Assembly: GCF_964194025.1 (NCBI RefSeq)
Contig: NC_134475.1
Location: 3,038,001 to 3,102,000 of the forward strand
Reading direction: 5' to 3'
DNA length: 64,000 nt
DNA from: Convolutriloba macropyga
Lineage: Eukaryota
Positions 26,401-37,766 of the stretch are shown here, in pieces. The translations under genes were made by a program, and so were the position numbers. How positions within the stretch are numbered: position 1 is the first letter of the stretch; each line of letters opens with the position of its first letter. The notes below the pieces were generated by a model. The model saw only the letters and a program-made list of their open reading frames with translations. It made no database searches and was not told where the DNA came from.

Positions 26401-29400
26401 GGGCAGCTCCAAAAGCTGCGCTCTCGTTTTAAAAATAACAAACATAACCAGCAGATTGCCGGAATAGCTGCGAAAGAATAGACCTGCGTGACATATAATA
26501 GAGATAGAAACAGATACAGATCTAAATTGAAAAAAAATCGACGCTGCTCAAAAAACTAGGTAAAAAACATTCAGCGATAAATTAATAAAGCTTGTTAAAA
26601 TTCAATCCGCAGAAGCCTCTTATTAGGGACCTTTACTGCACAAACGAGTTCCTTTGACCTTAAACAAATTCAAACTAAACTTAAGTTTTAAAGTGCAAAA
26701 GTCATTTTATTGAGTGAGGTAAGTCACGTATGATCAAAATCTAACACACAAATAACCTAAAAAAACTTTTGCTAAAGCGAGAGAGAAATGACGTCACGCG
26801 CGCAAATGCCGTTACTGAGAGGAAGAACTCATTCAGAAAATTTGACCTGTGAACAAATGTAAAACGAAAAAAGAGCGTCAGACGACGAAACAAAAAAACA
26901 TAACAGGACAAGTCCTGACGTACAATTCAAAGAATTTTCATTGACTAAACAGAAAAACTAGATTTTAGAATGGACTAGGAGTGAAATGAGAAAACAATTT
27001 TTAAAAAATCAGATCAAAAAATCAGAAGAAAAAACAAAAAAAAACAATGTCAAAATGCCGCACGTGAACAAAAAAAGCACTAGGGAGAAATGAAAATTTA
27101 ATTCAAACAAAAAACTAGGCCTAGAATGAGCTGTGAATGGACTGCGAAAAAGCTTTTAGAAAAGAAATCCGATCCAAAAAATCGAAAAAAACAGTAAAAA
27201 TTAGAGTGAAATTGCCGCATGTGAACAAAAAACCACTAGCGAGAAAGCAAATTTTTGTTCAAACACAGTTTTCTCACTCTACTTTAAAATTAGAAAAAAT
27301 TCACGCCGCAAAACCACTCGCTTTTTCGCTCCATTTCCTGTTTCGGCGTGACCAAAATCACTACTCCAATTTGACTTCAAAAATCATGAAAATGTGTGAA
27401 CAGATCTTAAAAAAAAAGACAGCGCCCCAATACAATTCAAATTCTTTGAATTGCAAAAAATAGGAGCGCTATAATAGCCGGCTGAGAAGATGAGGGCGGC
27501 TATTAAACAGTAAAAATCAAAGTGAAATTGCCGCATGTGAAAAAAAACCAGTAGCGAGAAAGCGAATTTTTGTTCAAACACCGTTCTTCACTCTACATTA
27601 AAATTAGGGCGAAAAAATTTCACGCCGCAAAATCACTCACTTATTCGCTCCACTTCCTGTTTCGGCGTGACCAAAATCACTACTTCAATTTGACTTGAAA
27701 AATCATGAAAATGTGTGAACAGATCTTAAAAAAAAGACAACGCCCCAATACAATTCAAATTCCTTGAACTGTAAAAAACCAAGATCACCGCAATATAGCT
27801 TCGCTCAGCTTACAGCTTCGCAGCTATAATCAATGCTGTTTTTTCCATTATTTCACTGTGTTCAGATGCTCCTACCTCCTGTTTCGATTTCTGAGAAGAT
27901 GCGCATTGTGCTCTATTTCGTCACGTAGCCGAGTGTTCTCCTTTTTCAACTAAAACAAAAACTGGAAGCTGGGCATTAATTCTAAATTGAATTTACCTAT
28001 TTATCAAACTAGATAACCCGTTTACAAAAGTACAGTACATTTGCTCTTCGAATTATATAAACTTTCTTGTTCCCTAAATACGAAAATAGGAAAGGGTACT
28101 CGGCAATTCAGTCAGAACTACTAGAAGGAACGAACATTAATTTCAAGTTTGAGAAGTGGATTTTCTCATCAGAGAAAATTTTCATCAAAATATTGCACAT
28201 CAAACAACCCACCAAGGAAACCATTATAGCCTCCTTCTTAATGGGGCTGAAGCGTATAACTGGGGTATCAACCTATCTCTCTTTTTAGTGGACCTACAGC
28301 GTATGACGCCGGAGGGGAGTGAATGACAGTTTATAATTGGTAAAGAACACAACAATCTACATACCTCCTTGGCATCTAAAGATGTCAGACTACCACTGTC
28401 CGAAGTCTCCGCGGACGAGGGTTCACTTGTAATCATCGGCGGCTCATCACTCAATTTATCATGAGCGGATTGGCTCACTTCGGGGGCACTGTTTACCGCG
28501 GAGGAGCCACTAACTGCAGATGAGGATGTCTGCTCCTGAAGTACACCGCATTTCAACCCATCAGCACGTTCGAAAACTCTCAGCAGAATCAGATTGACAT
28601 AGGGTGACTATTTATATACTTAGCATTTATCCTCTTCTAGCGTTCTGAGTATAATTTGACAAGTTTTCAAGACTTTGTTATGTTCGTATATACCCTACTG
28701 GACGTCAATCGGTAAGCACTGAGCAAAGACACGTGAGTCTACTTCGCCCTCAAAATCGTCCCAGTGTCATAAGCAAACTTAAGGCTATTAAAATTAGATT
28801 AAAAATACCTATTATTAATACTTAATACATACAAAAAGGCCTATTGTAGGTCTTGTAGGGAATCAAGGGCAAAAGGCCCCGGCACTAAAACCTCGAGGAA
28901 ACTCAACTTAGTCAATCAAGTCTAAGAAATGCGCTTGGAGAACAGGAACACAACGCATTTGTTTTACCACGCATTTGTCAGAGTTTCTTGCCCTACTTAG
29001 TTGCCCACTTAAATCTGAGATTGTTTCCCTAATTAATCACCCTATGGCGCTAGAAAAACATCACTTTTGACACTTCAATTGTCACCAAAAGACGCCTATT
29101 TTTTACCCTTTGATTCTCTAAATAAGTTTGAACGTAAATCCTAGCCCCTTTAGACGACTAAGATATATGTTCATCAGTTCTTTTCTGTCAGCAGGTAGTC
29201 CTCTTTTCACAGCTCTTAAATTCTTAGCAACTTCTTTTGCTACATGTATCTACTGGACGTTCTAACATATATATTTAGACTAGTTCGTATTCGACGTCAA
29301 AATGACCAACGGAGAAGGGAAAAAGCCCTCATTAAAAGACCGTCACAATAAACAACGCGTATGATTGAACCGTCGACACTTGATCAGTTCCGGGTAACAT

Positions 29401-32400
29401 CAGCAACGGGACCAATTCATCATTGTTATTGACATAGACACTTGTCAACCTAATGAGCAACTGCTTTGAGCCATATTGCATTCATCAAAAAAGTACCATG
29501 ATTGATCACAACTACACTACCCCCACCCCCATTACAAATGCGTAAAAAATTGAATAGATCCTAATAATCTTTGAAGCTAGGGGTCGTAACTACATAGTTT
29601 GCATTAATACTTTGCAAGCAACGAGACAAACACTGAACAGATGTGCGATATTTGATCAGAAAATACCTCTTGTTGATTTAGATTGAAACGCACTTTTGTT
29701 GTTGATGTTGCCACTCGGTTCACGTAATTCTTGAAGGAGAAAGGATTGGCAGCAGCTGAAACACAATTTTGGGTGAAAAGCTGCGTCATAATTGTTATAC
29801 TGATCCATTCAATCTGTTTCCTTCTGTGTAAACAAGTAAACAACTGCTGGGTTTTACCTGATTAAACCGTTTTGAGAACGGGATACGAAAAAGTCTGAAG
29901 CGTCAGACGAAAAATTGCTTAAAACACACAACTCTCAAGTTTCAAAACGCTGGAAGTTCATTGATGTCAATTTCCGGCTAAGTATACAGGAATTCTTAGG
30001 TATTTTAACTTCTGTTACTGCAGACTTTCCGTATTTTGAAACTTGTAGTTTTGAAACTTTGTTTTCGGCATTACAGTATCACTTTGAATAGCTTGCCTTG
30101 TTTCTGGAGACGCTTTCTTTCTTTTTCTTCAACGTCATCATCGTCGTCATCCTCACTCGTCTCGCTCAGTTGCAGCTCATTAGAGGTTCGCGCAGTAGTA
30201 GACTTGGTGTTAGATGTCACAACAAATGTACTGTTCCCAATATTTGACGTTTTTCCAGCCGAGGAATTCCGCGCTCTTTTGTCAGCAGCGAGATCATTAT
30301 TGCACTCAGTGTATAACTGTTCGTTTCTGAAAGCAGTTTGTGCATAAAGAGACACTTCACTCACAGCGGGTTTCAAAAAATAAGAAAGTACCAGCGGGGA
30401 AATATAACAAATATAGCTGGCAGATTGTCAGAAAATAGCACCGACAGCTTTCTAGACACCCAGTGAAATTAAAATCAAACGAGACAAAAAAAATTCCCAA
30501 GCTGCTTAGAATCTTCTGCTCAGTTTTTAACTTGAACCCTTGTTTGTGGAAGCTTAGTTGTTCAAAATCGCGTGACTACTTTAGTTTTGGAAATATGAAC
30601 TAGACTTACTGTTGTTGGGTGGACGTAAAAACACAAAATAATACGTATTTTTTTTTCATTTAATATGCCACGAAAAGGTAATTCACATAGATTTTCTGTT
30701 GTAATGATAAAGTATTTAGTAATTTGCAAATACTTACACTGCCGGACTAACATCAATTGTATACTCCTTGACATGATTCGGAATTCAGTGTTCTTTTTTC
30801 CCCTCAATTAAAGTTACAGAAAGTCAATTTCAGAGAGCCGAAACGTTATTTTGAGAGCTGGTCACGCACGCAACTCAAAATTGCATCAAAAAATTATCAC
30901 AAAGCAGATTTGAGGTGAGTGCGAAGTGATATGGTGGTAACAAAATCTTGACAAAATAAAAATCGTAACAGGACACGTCTTGAGCTACGATTGAAAGAGT
31001 ATTCAATTACCCGATCAAATGAAACTGGAAAAACATAGCCAGAACTCCGGAAACGACTCAAAGATATCTTCGCCACAAAGCAGCCTGTCGAATAACTAGT
31101 TTCTGATGGCAGTAAGCATCAAAGAAGAGAAAATAAAAAAGTTAACTAAAGAGCTAAAAAAACTCATTTACTTTTTCAATTTGTACAGTACAAATACGAA
31201 AGAAAACAATATTTCAAGTATTCGAAACAACTTAATTGCTCACACAAAGTCAGACCAGCCAAAATAAGCACAAAATCTCTAATTTTGAAACAGAGGAAAA
31301 ACTGTAAGAAAATTAGAAATTTAAATTTTCGCAACTTTTCGTCAAAATTCAAAGAAAAAATGCTTGGTACCAACGAATCGGCATTTAATCTGTAATAGAC
31401 GCTAACCACGAGCATTAAGCTTACATTCAGTTACAAGCAAAGGCAAACATAGCCGGCAAATTGTTGGAAACTAGCCACCGTTGACCCCCTTGACACACAT
31501 TGGGATTGAAATAGAAAAAAGTAGAAGAAAATGACAGAACTGTTCTAAGTGTCAGTCAGAGTGTTCTTAATTGGTGTGTATAAACTGCATATTCGGTCCG
31601 ATTTTAAAATTACACTTTATCCAAATTCTGCACTGACGGCTATTAAGCATAATACCAATGCAGCTAGCAATCGAATTAATCAACTTTGATAACATTAAGC
31701 ATTATGACGAGCTCTTTTGGTTGATCCCGTTTCTTTTGATTGTGCTCTTTTCACTTTCACCGTATTAACTACATTACGTAATTCAATAGGAGAACGTATT
31801 TAAAATCCATTCAGTTGAAACATTGAGTGAAGTAAGTCAGAAGTCAAACGTGAAAATCGTGACTGATGTTAAACGAAAAACGTGATCAAAAGAAAAAGCG
31901 AATTAAAAAGAGGAGAGCAACTAAACAATCGACGTTGAGAGGCTGACGGCGGCTATTAATAAAATATTTCTTTTGATTGTGCTCTTTTCACTTTGACCGT
32001 ATTCACTACATTACGTAATTCAATACGAGAAAGAATTTAAAATCCATTCAGTTGAAACATTGAGTGAAGTAAGTCAGAAGTCATACGTGAAAATCGTGAC
32101 AGATGTTAAACGAAAAACGTGATCAAAAGAAAAAGCGAATTAAAAAGAGGAGAGCAACTAAACAATCGACGTTGAGAGGCTGACGGCGGCTATTAATAAA
32201 ATATTTCTTTTGATTGTGCTCTTTTCACTTTGACCGTATTCACTACATTACGTAATTCAATACGAGAAAGAATTTAAAATCCATTCAGTTGAAACATTGA
32301 GTGAAGTAAGTCAGAAGTCATACGTTAAAATCGTGACAGATGTTAAACGAAAAACGTGATCAAAATAAAAAGCGAATTAAAAAAGGAGAGCAACTAAACA

Positions 32401-34195
32401 ATCGACGTTGAGAGACTGACGGCGGCTATTGATAAAATATTTCTTTTGATTGTCCTCTTTTCACTTTGACCGTATTTACTACATTACGTAATTCAATACG
32501 AGAAAGAATTTAAAATCCATTTAGTTGAAACATTGAGTGAAGTAAGTCAGAAGTCAAACGTGAAAATCGTGACTGATGTTAAACGAAAAACGTGATCAAA
32601 AGAAAAAGCGAATTAAAAAAAGGAGAACAACTAAACAATCGACGTTGAGAGGCTGACGGCGGCTATTAATAAAATCAAAAAATAACAGATAATTTTTAAA
32701 TAAGTATTTTGATACTTTTTCAGTGGAATTCATTAAAACACATGACAGTACACTGAAATCTTGAAGAACATCATAATATTTAGCGTTAATAAGCACATGA
32801 AATCCTTTATCAATTACACTGAGGGGGTTACGAAAATCCCAATAAAACAAAAAGACTAGTAAAAAAAATTCACTGAAACTGTTCGAAAACAATTGGTGTT
32901 TAAGCATGAAAATCATTAGCTGCAAAATAATTATATAAATTGTCAAAATTGGTCGCAACAAAGTCAATGGAATCCGTTATTTTTAGATTAAGTGAAGACG
33001 CAACAAAATGCAACAATAAGGGCAAAACTAAAAAAATATTAACATTTTACTCAAACAGTGTCAAACTCGCATAACTAATAACTAATCAACAATTTACTCC
33101 GCATTCACGACATTAAGAAGGCTCCGAAATGTGTTTTTGCAGATCGTCCGACCACTCTCAACCGCAAAATAGAATCAAATTTTTACCAAAAAGAGCAGTA
33201 CCAAAGAGCAGATAAATTGGAGCTCGACGTATGGCAGCTTTCCAAACACGACAGACATGTGAACCAGCAGAGCTCATCTGTATCTTACATTCGATACAAA
33301 GGCGGAACGTTTCGAGCAAAACTGGCCGGGATCTCCTCCCGAATCAACCATTTTTCCAGAGTCGGCTAAAAAAAATTTTTGGCCATATAGTTCAAATCTT
33401 TAATTTAATTACCTTTTTAGATTTAATTAACAATTTCGTTTAAATGAACAAAAACTATTTACTCTCCAACATTGCGGTTCTTAAGAAATGACTGTCGGTA
33501 CAAACTTATTATCTACAAACAAAATGATCAGCGTCCTAATTTAAAACGAAATAGTAACAAAGATTCAAATCCTAGCTAACTTGCATACAGTACTTCAACA
33601 GTTGTCATATCTCCTTAAAATTTGCAACTGTATATATGGATACATAAAAAGTTAAGCTACCAAAAGATTACAAGACAAATTCTAAAGAAAATTTTAAAAA
33701 ATAAGCCTAGAAATAGCGTTACAACATGAGTATACCATTAGAGTCAAGAACACTGTGAACTGTGGTTAACAAGGCAACCGGTAAGAATGACGCACGCATC
33801 ATCATCAGCCGAAAACTTGACGAGAGTAGTTAATTTCCCAAAAAACGATCGAAAAAAAGTCAATTGCGACAAGCCAACTTCACTTTCATTCGTCAAAATA
33901 AAGAATGATTTCTGTCCCTTGCCCTCATAAGTCGACAACAATTAGCAAAAGCTAACAAGTTGAAACGCAAAAAAAATTTGGAGCTATCCCAGAACTATTA
34001 GGGAAGGTAGCTGCAGCTTAGGGATTCTAGCTTTAGATTAATTGAGAGGGGGTGAGCGCGCGCGGTACGGATAGAATGCGGTGGAGTGGGGGTAAAGTTG
34101 GTAGGGGTGGTGATTGGTGATGTGGTGAAGCGGGTTGGGGGGAATGTGGTGAAGTGGGGGTGGGGGGGGGTAATGGTGAGCGTGGGGTGTTGTGA

Positions 34196-34241
<46 letters not shown>

Positions 34242-37200
34242 ATGAGGGGGGGGGGGTCTAAGAATCACCCTTGCCACCATGAAATTTGTTTCGGTGAATG
34301 GAATACTTACAGACTAGTAAGCCGTAAGGCTCTAACAGAACTTAATGTCCTCCGGGCTTTAACTGTTTATCCCGCTTTTGAAGAGGAAAAAATGGTCAGA
34401 CAAAAAAACGATCAAAAATTCGGTAGTACGAAATATCGCATAAGACCAGCAGCACTAATATTAAAGCGACAAACTTTATTTGAGAGCAATTAAAAAGATA
34501 CCAAATAAAAAAATAGAGAAACTTTGAAAGTTCCTGATAGTGAACAAAGTGATGCTCAGCATCCAGCCTTTGACATGAATATAAAGATAATAAAGCTTAC
34601 TTGTCAGCTAAGATTTGTTCTGCAGGAGGAGGGGGAGGCGGTGGCAGTGTACTGAACTCATCGTTTTCTACTTCATCTTCAGCTAATTTCTTTTTCTTCT
34701 GGCCACGTTTGCTTTTTGTGACCGGTGCTTTAAGGGAGATGGTATCAGTTCCAGACATTAACAAGTTATTCTCGGGGTCAGAGATTGGAGCTGAAATTGA
34801 AAGACAAAACTCTAGCTTTGTTAATTTGCGAACACTTGGGACCTGTTTTCTGCCCACACTTTAATTGTAAAACGCATATTTTTAGGTTACTTAAGAATGA
34901 AGACGTGATGACCTGAAAGTAGGGCAGAAATGAAGTTAAACGGGGAAAAACCAAATATGGCTGCCTCTAGACGACACAGGAAGATTGTCACAGCAACTAA
35001 TCTCCTCACAAATTCTACTCACAAACTAACCAGCTTTTGCAAGATACCTTCATTTTAAAGCCTTTTGCGAGATTCCCCTCATTTACAAACATTTTTCAAG
35101 AAAACTGTCCAGGTTAGATCAGTGTGGTACCTAAAATATCACCCCCAGCAGTGGCTGTTTCCAGTTGCTTGTCTACAGCGGCTTCTTTATTAGCCCCTCT
35201 GGCTTTTCGACCACCCGCCCTGACTGGAACCTTGCTAGTTTTGGAGGACTGCTTCCCGGATGACGCAATTTTCCCACCTTCATTTTCATCATCTTCCTTG
35301 TAGTCGGGTACCTTGCACAATAAGACAGACAGTTACCACGCTACACTCCTCTTTTTATGAAAAATTTTGCAATAATTAAAATCCTTGTTTATCACCCTAA
35401 TTCATGAAAATTATTACAGATTGATCATTTTAGAAAAATACAAAACTTCTTTGTATATTCACATTAAAGCGAGGGTTGGAAAGGGATGGGTTTTTGAGTG
35501 GAGTTGAGGGTCTCAAGGGGATTCGGGTTAGAGGGTGGAATGAGGTGCGGGAGGTGGGGACGGAGTAAGGGGTCTAAACCGTGAAAACTTCCCCTCATCA
35601 TAATCACATCTCTCCTCAGCAGCTTCAGTGATTTGAACACTTAGAGGCTATCTAAGTTAAGCTATAGACATCAGGCCGACCTTTTTTCTCCGGCCAAAAC
35701 ATTTTTACGCATCTTAGAAAGATCAGCACGGTACCATACAAAAGCCCATAATTTTTTTAATAAAATAGCCAATACCCCTAATCTGCTATGCACAAACTAA
35801 GCCCCCTAAAGCGGAGCGAGAAACTGGTTTAACTAAATTTTAAAATTTTTAAGAGAACAATTTCTGACGCGTAGAACACATGCGGTCTGTTTTCGCTATT
35901 AACTCTTATGAGTGTTTTACGAACGCTACTAAAGGTCATACACATATTCTAATTGTGCGTAAGTGTCAGCTGTCTGAATCCCTGAATTTGCACCTATGGT
36001 TTGAACAATATTTAAATGGCACTTCAGAGGAAAAAAAACATTGTGGAACTTTGAATTTGCTCGTCTTGTGCCGTTGTGTTAAGTTGTCTTGTGAGTAATT
36101 CAAGCTGTTTGTGGTATGCACGCATTCAAATGAAACATAGGTGTACCATTTAGTTGTTTTCAGTTTGGAGTTATATGATTGTTTTCGACCTTCTTGTTTT
36201 CAAAACTTTTTTTGAAAACAAATTTTGATATTTGTCCATATTTATATTTCCGCGAAAAAGTTTATCTTTTTAATTAGCTTTTTGAATACTTTATAGATCT
36301 ATTGTTAATAATTTTGTATTGACAGCTAGCCGATCTAACCGAAAGATTAAGTGACCTTCTTGGCAGTCCAAAAAGGATCAAGTGAGTCTTCTCAAGGACT
36401 TTTAGTTTTTGGCAAACAGTTATTGATTTCCACACTTTGTTCTCATGAAAATTAAGGGTTTTTTGATCTCTTGTCTTACATCTTTTTTGTTCTCGTCATT
36501 GGTTTTCATTACTTCTGTATTGGTTTTCATTACTTCAACATGTTTTCACTAATGCTTCTATGAATTTTACCAATTTATTTTGCACAATTGCAAGTGCTCA
36601 GTTACTGTGAGTGCATGACGTACTACGGGCACAGACACAAAAGATCCAAATTGTTTTCATTAAATCTGATTGTTCTCATTACCATGACAAAATTAGGTGA
36701 TTTTTGAGTTCTGATCACATTTACTGTTTTCTGTCTTATCATGTCAACTTAGCCATCAATTTTCGTCCATTTAATTAACTTGTCTCCAAAGAGTTTTGAT
36801 CACAATCGGCTGATCAAAGACAGATAGTTGCATCGATTATTTACTTTGCTTTTATTGGTTTCGGAGCTTTTGACTCAGCTACTTTTTAAGAAAATGAGTT
36901 TCGTTTTCTCTGGCTTTTTTTGTATGGTCGAATGCTTTGGTGACTATTAAGGTCTAATGCTCCCAAAACGGCTAGTGCTTTACCTAAATCAACTGTATTG
37001 ATTTACAACTGTATTGAGGGACTTTATTATTTACATCACAATCCTCAACAATTCTTAACCACATGCCAAATCATTTTTTGGTCTCTTTCCGCAATCATTG
37101 CTCTAACTTTGTAGTGAATTTGATTTCTCATCTTCCTTCAACTCATGTTTCGTTCTCTCATTGACGATATTGACCCACACACTCGCACGAGCCACATTGT

Positions 37201-37513
37201 TAAGCTTCCGTTCGAAAAGACTCCGTAGAAAAAAATTCTACTTTTTAAAAAAACCATTAAGACATACTAATCAAAAACAAAAATAGAACTTTGAAAACAC
37301 TTGATGCAGTCACTTGAACATTCAAAATTCTAACCAGATTAAATTATTTGTTGTTAGAAAGCAACAATTACATACCTTTACTGCACGTCTTCGAGATCTC
37401 GCACTCTCCACTGTAGAAGGTTCATCTTTATGAACAGCTGATTGATCATTTTCGGGCTCTATTTCCACTGCTTTTCTACCAGCTCGCCGGGAAGACGATG
37501 CAGTTGCTGGCAT
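13635..37513 (-). CDS. ENTR1: ENTR1/SDCCAG3-like endosome-associated trafficking regulator (disordered N-terminus, C-terminal coiled coil); 10 exons, about 483-492 aa
   Basis: Phase-consistent exon chain 37376-37513, 35131-35311, 34601-34790, 30097-30326 (GC donor), 29694(or 29667)-29755, 28365-28535, 27876-27949, 25898-26036, 21612-21790, 13635-13722. It contains ANPFSFK (the NPFSF motif I recall from SDCCAG3), a coiled coil LKKENTRLRDEIE...VTELEGELKAIRAKEKKEAETLDRQLKQLESN, and C-terminus QIKNMLSGIERLRQMADVISNMHKFSE resembling human IKQLVSGAETLNLVAEILKSIDRISE. The 3' exons are more secure than the four low-complexity 5' exons. Confidence 0.78.
13736..14125 (-). mobile_element. HINE family I copy with a family B 3' end inserted at 14088
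   Basis: Collinear with 2517-2870, then catagccgtagaataccggaaacgactcga in the A-tract near the host 5' end. Confidence 0.7.
14416..14461. repeat. (TA)n microsatellite within a G-rich low-complexity tract (about 14170-14560)
   Basis: Seen directly. Confidence 0.95.
15640..16996 (-). mobile_element. Two family I HINE copies (5' ends at about 16039 and 16995; 3' end at 16582)
   Basis: aattgctataaacttcgtttgagagcaattaa terminus and shared interior motif tatccc...aaagtcaaatgggt. Confidence 0.65.
17786..21524 (-). mobile_element. Five-level nested HINE composite G[A[B[F[B..]]]] in the last ENTR1-like intron
   Basis: 3' ends open at 17786 (G), 18251 (A), 18605 (B), F interior about 19300, 19384 (B). 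5' ends close in reverse order at about 21170 (B), 21220 (F), 21256 (B), 21470 (C), 21524 (E). Confidence 0.8.
21147..21430. repeat. 86-bp tandem repeat x3.3 made of two fused HINE 5' termini (families B and F)
   Basis: Near-identical units start at 21147, 21233, 21319 and 21405. Confidence 0.92.
23244..23733 (-). mobile_element. HINE family E/G variant, immediately followed by a family I 3' end at 23739
   Basis: ccggcagattgccgg hairpin at left; cttacagcttcgcagctataa 5' terminus at right. Confidence 0.75.
23790..24990 (+). mobile_element. Decayed non-LTR (L2/CR1-like) reverse transcriptase fragment with an internal duplication of about 160 bp
   Basis: FLDLSKAFDSIN, degenerate GVPQGS.LGP.LF, IQYPDDT (YADD), KNLGVHIDSNLTF. 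Direct repeat starts near 24491 and 24651. Confidence 0.8.
25080..25605 (-). mobile_element. Uninterrupted HINE family D/H copy (about 525 bp)
   Basis: subTIR aatagccgc at both ends in inverted orientation; 3' hairpin ccgacagattgccgg; 5' stem aatagccgg...cggctatt. Confidence 0.82.
26443..27829 (-). mobile_element. Nested/chimeric HINE composite G[A..C]D + partial A..C]E
   Basis: G opens 26443, A opens 26899, C closes about 27455, foreign D terminus about 27505, duplicated A segment, C closes about 27774, E closes 27829. Confidence 0.78.
30411..31065 (-). mobile_element. Eroded HINE nest: F-like element followed by degenerate A (about 30963) and B (31034) 3' ends
   Basis: tatagctggcagattgtcagaaaatagc; cgtaacaggacacgtcttgag; catagccagaactccggaaacgactc. 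Confidence 0.6.
31448..32669 (-). mobile_element. HINE family J whose 5'-terminal ~237 bp is tandemly repeated four times
   Basis: Units start at 31731, 31968, 32205 and 32441, each ending gacggcggctatt. Single 3' end at 31448. Single-unit relative at 50063-51077. Confidence 0.85.
34198..34240. repeat. (TG)n microsatellite inside a family I HINE interior (5' end about 34492)
   Basis: Seen directly; tttgagagcaattaa terminus downstream. Confidence 0.9.
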
Positions 37514-37520
37514 AACTGGA

Positions 37521-37528
37521 CTGAAATT
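37521..37528 (-). promoter_or_regulatory. 3' splice acceptor 7 nt upstream of the ENTR1-like ATG (candidate trans-splice site)
   Basis: Minus strand reads aatttcag|tccagttATG. Confidence 0.5.
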
Positions 37529-37766
37529 CACTGGGTTTGATCAGTCCGTGCCAATATTAATTTGGCGACATATTATTCTCAGACAATATCGATAGGATTT
37601 ATACTGATCCACTTTATGTTGTTAGACCATTTGTTAAAAGGCTAACGAGCCAACTTAGTTAAACCTGCAACCTGGAGTTAGTTTTACCTCTTTACTGCTA
37701 ATTTCCTGTTTACCTGTTTCACCCGCGTTTAATATTTTTGCATTCAGCCATTTAATCTTTCATTGC

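Noticed and set aside
34038-34493. His/Pro-rich and Val/Cys-rich ORFs
   Set aside because: Translations of the (TG)n and G-rich repeat interior.
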